From Eledone cirrhosa (taxonomy: Eukaryota): a DNA stretch of 64,000 nt. Numbering within the stretch: position 1 is the first letter of the stretch; each line of letters starts with the position of its first letter. Location of the stretch: assembly GCA_964016885.1 (NCBI GenBank), contig OZ024745.1, positions 97,898,001-97,962,000 on the forward strand, written 5' to 3'. The notes under the pieces were generated by a model, which was given only the letters and a program-made list of their open reading frames with translations, did no database searches and had not been told where the DNA came from. The translations under genes and the position numbers were made by a program. Below, one piece after another: positions 61,623 to 64,000 of this stretch.

Positions 61623-64000
61623 AGGTAGTTTTATTAGAGTAGGTAGTTGTATTAGTGTTTAATGTAGGCAGTTGTATTAGTGTTTAGTGAAGGTGGTTGT
61701 CTTAGTGTTTAGTGAAGGTGATTGTATTAGTGTTTAGTCAAGATGATTGTATTAGTGTTTACTGAAGGTGGTTGTCTTAGTGTTTAGTGAAGGTGGTTGT
61801 ATTATTGTTTAGTGATGGTGGTTGTATTAGTGTTTAGTCAAGGTGATTGTTTTAGTGTTTAGTCAAGGTGATTGTATTAGTGTTTATTGAAGATGGTTGT
61901 ATTAGTGTTTAGTGAAGCTGATTGTATTAGTGTTTAGTGAAGGTGATTGTTTTGGTGTTTAGTCAAGGTGGTTGTATTAGTGTTTAGTGATGTGGTTATC
62001 TTAGTGTTTAGTGAAGGTGTTTGTATTAGTGTTTAGTGAATGTGGTTGTATTCGTGTTTAGTGAATGTGGTTGTATTAGTGTTTACTGAATGTGGTTGTA
62101 TTAGTGTTTAGTGTAGGTGGTTTTATTAGTGTTTAATCAAATTGGTAGTCTTAGTGTTTAGTGAAGGTGGTCGTATTAGTGTTTTGTGTAGTTGGTTGGC
62201 TTAGTGTTTAGTGTAAGTGGTTATATTAGTGTTTAATCAAAATGGTAGTCTTAGTGTTTAGTGAAGTTGGTTGCATTAGTATTTAGTCAAGGTGGTTGTA
62301 TTAGTGTTTAGAGTAGGAAGTGGTTATATTAGTGTTTAGTGAAGGTGGTTGTATTAGTATTTAGTGAAGATGGATGAATTAGTGTTTAATGAAGGTGGTT
62401 TTATTAGTGTTTAGTGTAAGTGGTTGTATTAGTGTTTAGTAAAGGTGGTAGTATTAGTGTTTAGTGCAGGTGGTTGTCATAGTGGTTTGTGAAGGTCGTA
62501 GTAATAGTGTTTAGTGAAGGTGGTTGTATTAGAGTTTAGTGAAGGTGGTTGTCTTAGTGTTTAGTGAAGTTGGTTGTATTAGTGTTTAGTGAAGGTTGTT
62601 GTATTAGTGTTTAGTGTAGGTGATTGTATTAGTGTTTACTGAAGGTGCTAGTATTAGTGTTTAGTGAAGGTGGTTGGATTAGTGTTTAATGTAGGTCGTT
62701 GTATTAGTGTTTAGTGAAGGTGGTTGTATTAGTGTTTAGTAAAGGTGGTTGTATTAATGTTTAGTGTAGGTGGTTGTATTAGTGTTTAGTGTAGGTGATT
62801 GTATTAGTGTTTACTGAAGGTGCTAGTATTAGTGTTTAGTGAAGGTGGTTGGATTAGTGTTTAATGTAGGTCGTTGTATTAGTGTTTAGTGAAGGTGGTT
62901 GTATTAGTGTTTAGCGAAGGTGGTTGTATTAATGTATAGTGTAGGTGGTTGTATTAGTGTTTCGTGAAGGTAGTTGTATTAGTGTTCTGTGAAGGTGGTA
63001 TATTAGTGTTTAGTGTAGGTAGTTGTATTAGTGTTTAGTGTAGGTAGCTGTATTAATGTTTAGTGTAGGTAATTGTATTAATGTTTAGTGTAGGTAATTG
63101 TATTAATGTTTAGTGTAGGTAATTGTATTAATGTTTAGTGTAGGTAGCTGTATTAATGTTTAGTGTAGGTAATTGTATTAATGTTTAGTGTAGGTAATTG
63201 TATTAATGTTTAGTGTAGGTAGTTGTTTTAGTGTTTAGTGTAGGTAGCTGTATTAATGTTTAGTGTAGGTAATTGTATTAATGTTTAGTGTAGGTAGTTG
63301 TATTAGTATTTATTGAAGATAGTAGTATTAGTGTTTAGTGAAGGTGGTTGTATTAGTGTTTCTTGAATGTAGTTGTATTAGTGTTTAGTGAAGGTGGTTG
63401 TATTAGTGTTTAGTGAAGGTGGTTGTATTAGTGTTTAGTGAAGGTGGTTGTATTAGTGTTTAGTGAAGATGGTTGTATTAGTGTTTAGTGAAGGTGGTTG
63501 TATTAGTGTTTAGTGAAGATGGTTGTATTAGTGTTTAGTGAAGATGGTTGTATTAGTGTTTAGTGAAGGTGGTTGTATTAGTGTTTAGTGAAGATGGTTG
63601 TATTAGTGTTTAGTGAAGGTGGTTGTATTAGTGTTTAGTGAAGGTGGTTGTATTAGTGCTTAGTGAAGGTGGTTATATTAGTGTTTAGTGAAGGTGGTTG
63701 TATTAGTGTTTAGTGAAGATGGTTGTATTAGTGTTTAGTGAAGATGGTTGTATTAGTGTTTAGTGAAGATGGTTGTATTAGTGTTTAGTGAAGGTGGTTG
63801 TATTAGTGTTTAGTGAAGATGGTTGTATTAGTGTTTAGTGAAGGTGGTTGTATTAGTGTTCAGTGAAGGTGGTTGTATTAGTGTTTAGTGAAGATGGTTG
63901 TATTAGTGTTTAGTGAAGATTGTTGTATTAGTGTTTAGTGAAGGTGGTTGTATTAGTGTTTAGTGAAGATGGTTGTATTAGTGTTTAGTGAAGATGGTTG
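61623..64000. repeat. 25-bp satellite GTGAAGGTGGTTGTATTAGTGTTTA, ~95 copies, continues past the right window edge
   Basis: Directly visible; diverged at the left edge, homogeneous after ~63330; variant block GTGTAGGTAATTGTATTAATGTTTA at ~63050-63290. Confidence 0.97.

Overview
Repeat-dominated eukaryotic (animal) genomic DNA with no intact protein-coding gene. The tRNA-derived SINEs and the very dense (TA)n/(CA)n/(TATG)n microsatellites resemble octopod cephalopod genomes (inference from recalled repeat sequences, not from a search). About 34 kb is tandem satellite: a GGT-rich minisatellite (1-7709), an 18-bp GTTACTGTTGTTGTAGTT array (15.7-39.4 kb) with kb-scale higher-order duplications, and a 25-bp array (61.6 kb to the end). 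The giant ORFs in these arrays are by-products of triplet repeats. The remainder holds a complete but decayed DD37D(maT)-like Tc1/mariner transposon, two hAT MITEs with 8-bp TSDs, about 15 SINE copies or fragments, an intronless evectin/PLEKHB-like PH-domain pseudogene, a possible CRE-type retrotransposon fragment abutting degenerate telomere-like repeats, and an AT-rich fold-back region. The least obvious signal is a set of short, mostly (TA)n-associated elements carrying type I hammerhead-ribozyme motifs. Three fold by eye into complete hammerheads (11083-11158, 61126-61176, 61539-61614, all on the minus strand). Others are degenerate or are fold-back hairpins that keep only the GAAA-stem III-cleavage half. 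They are best read as pLTR remnants of several Penelope-like retroelement families.
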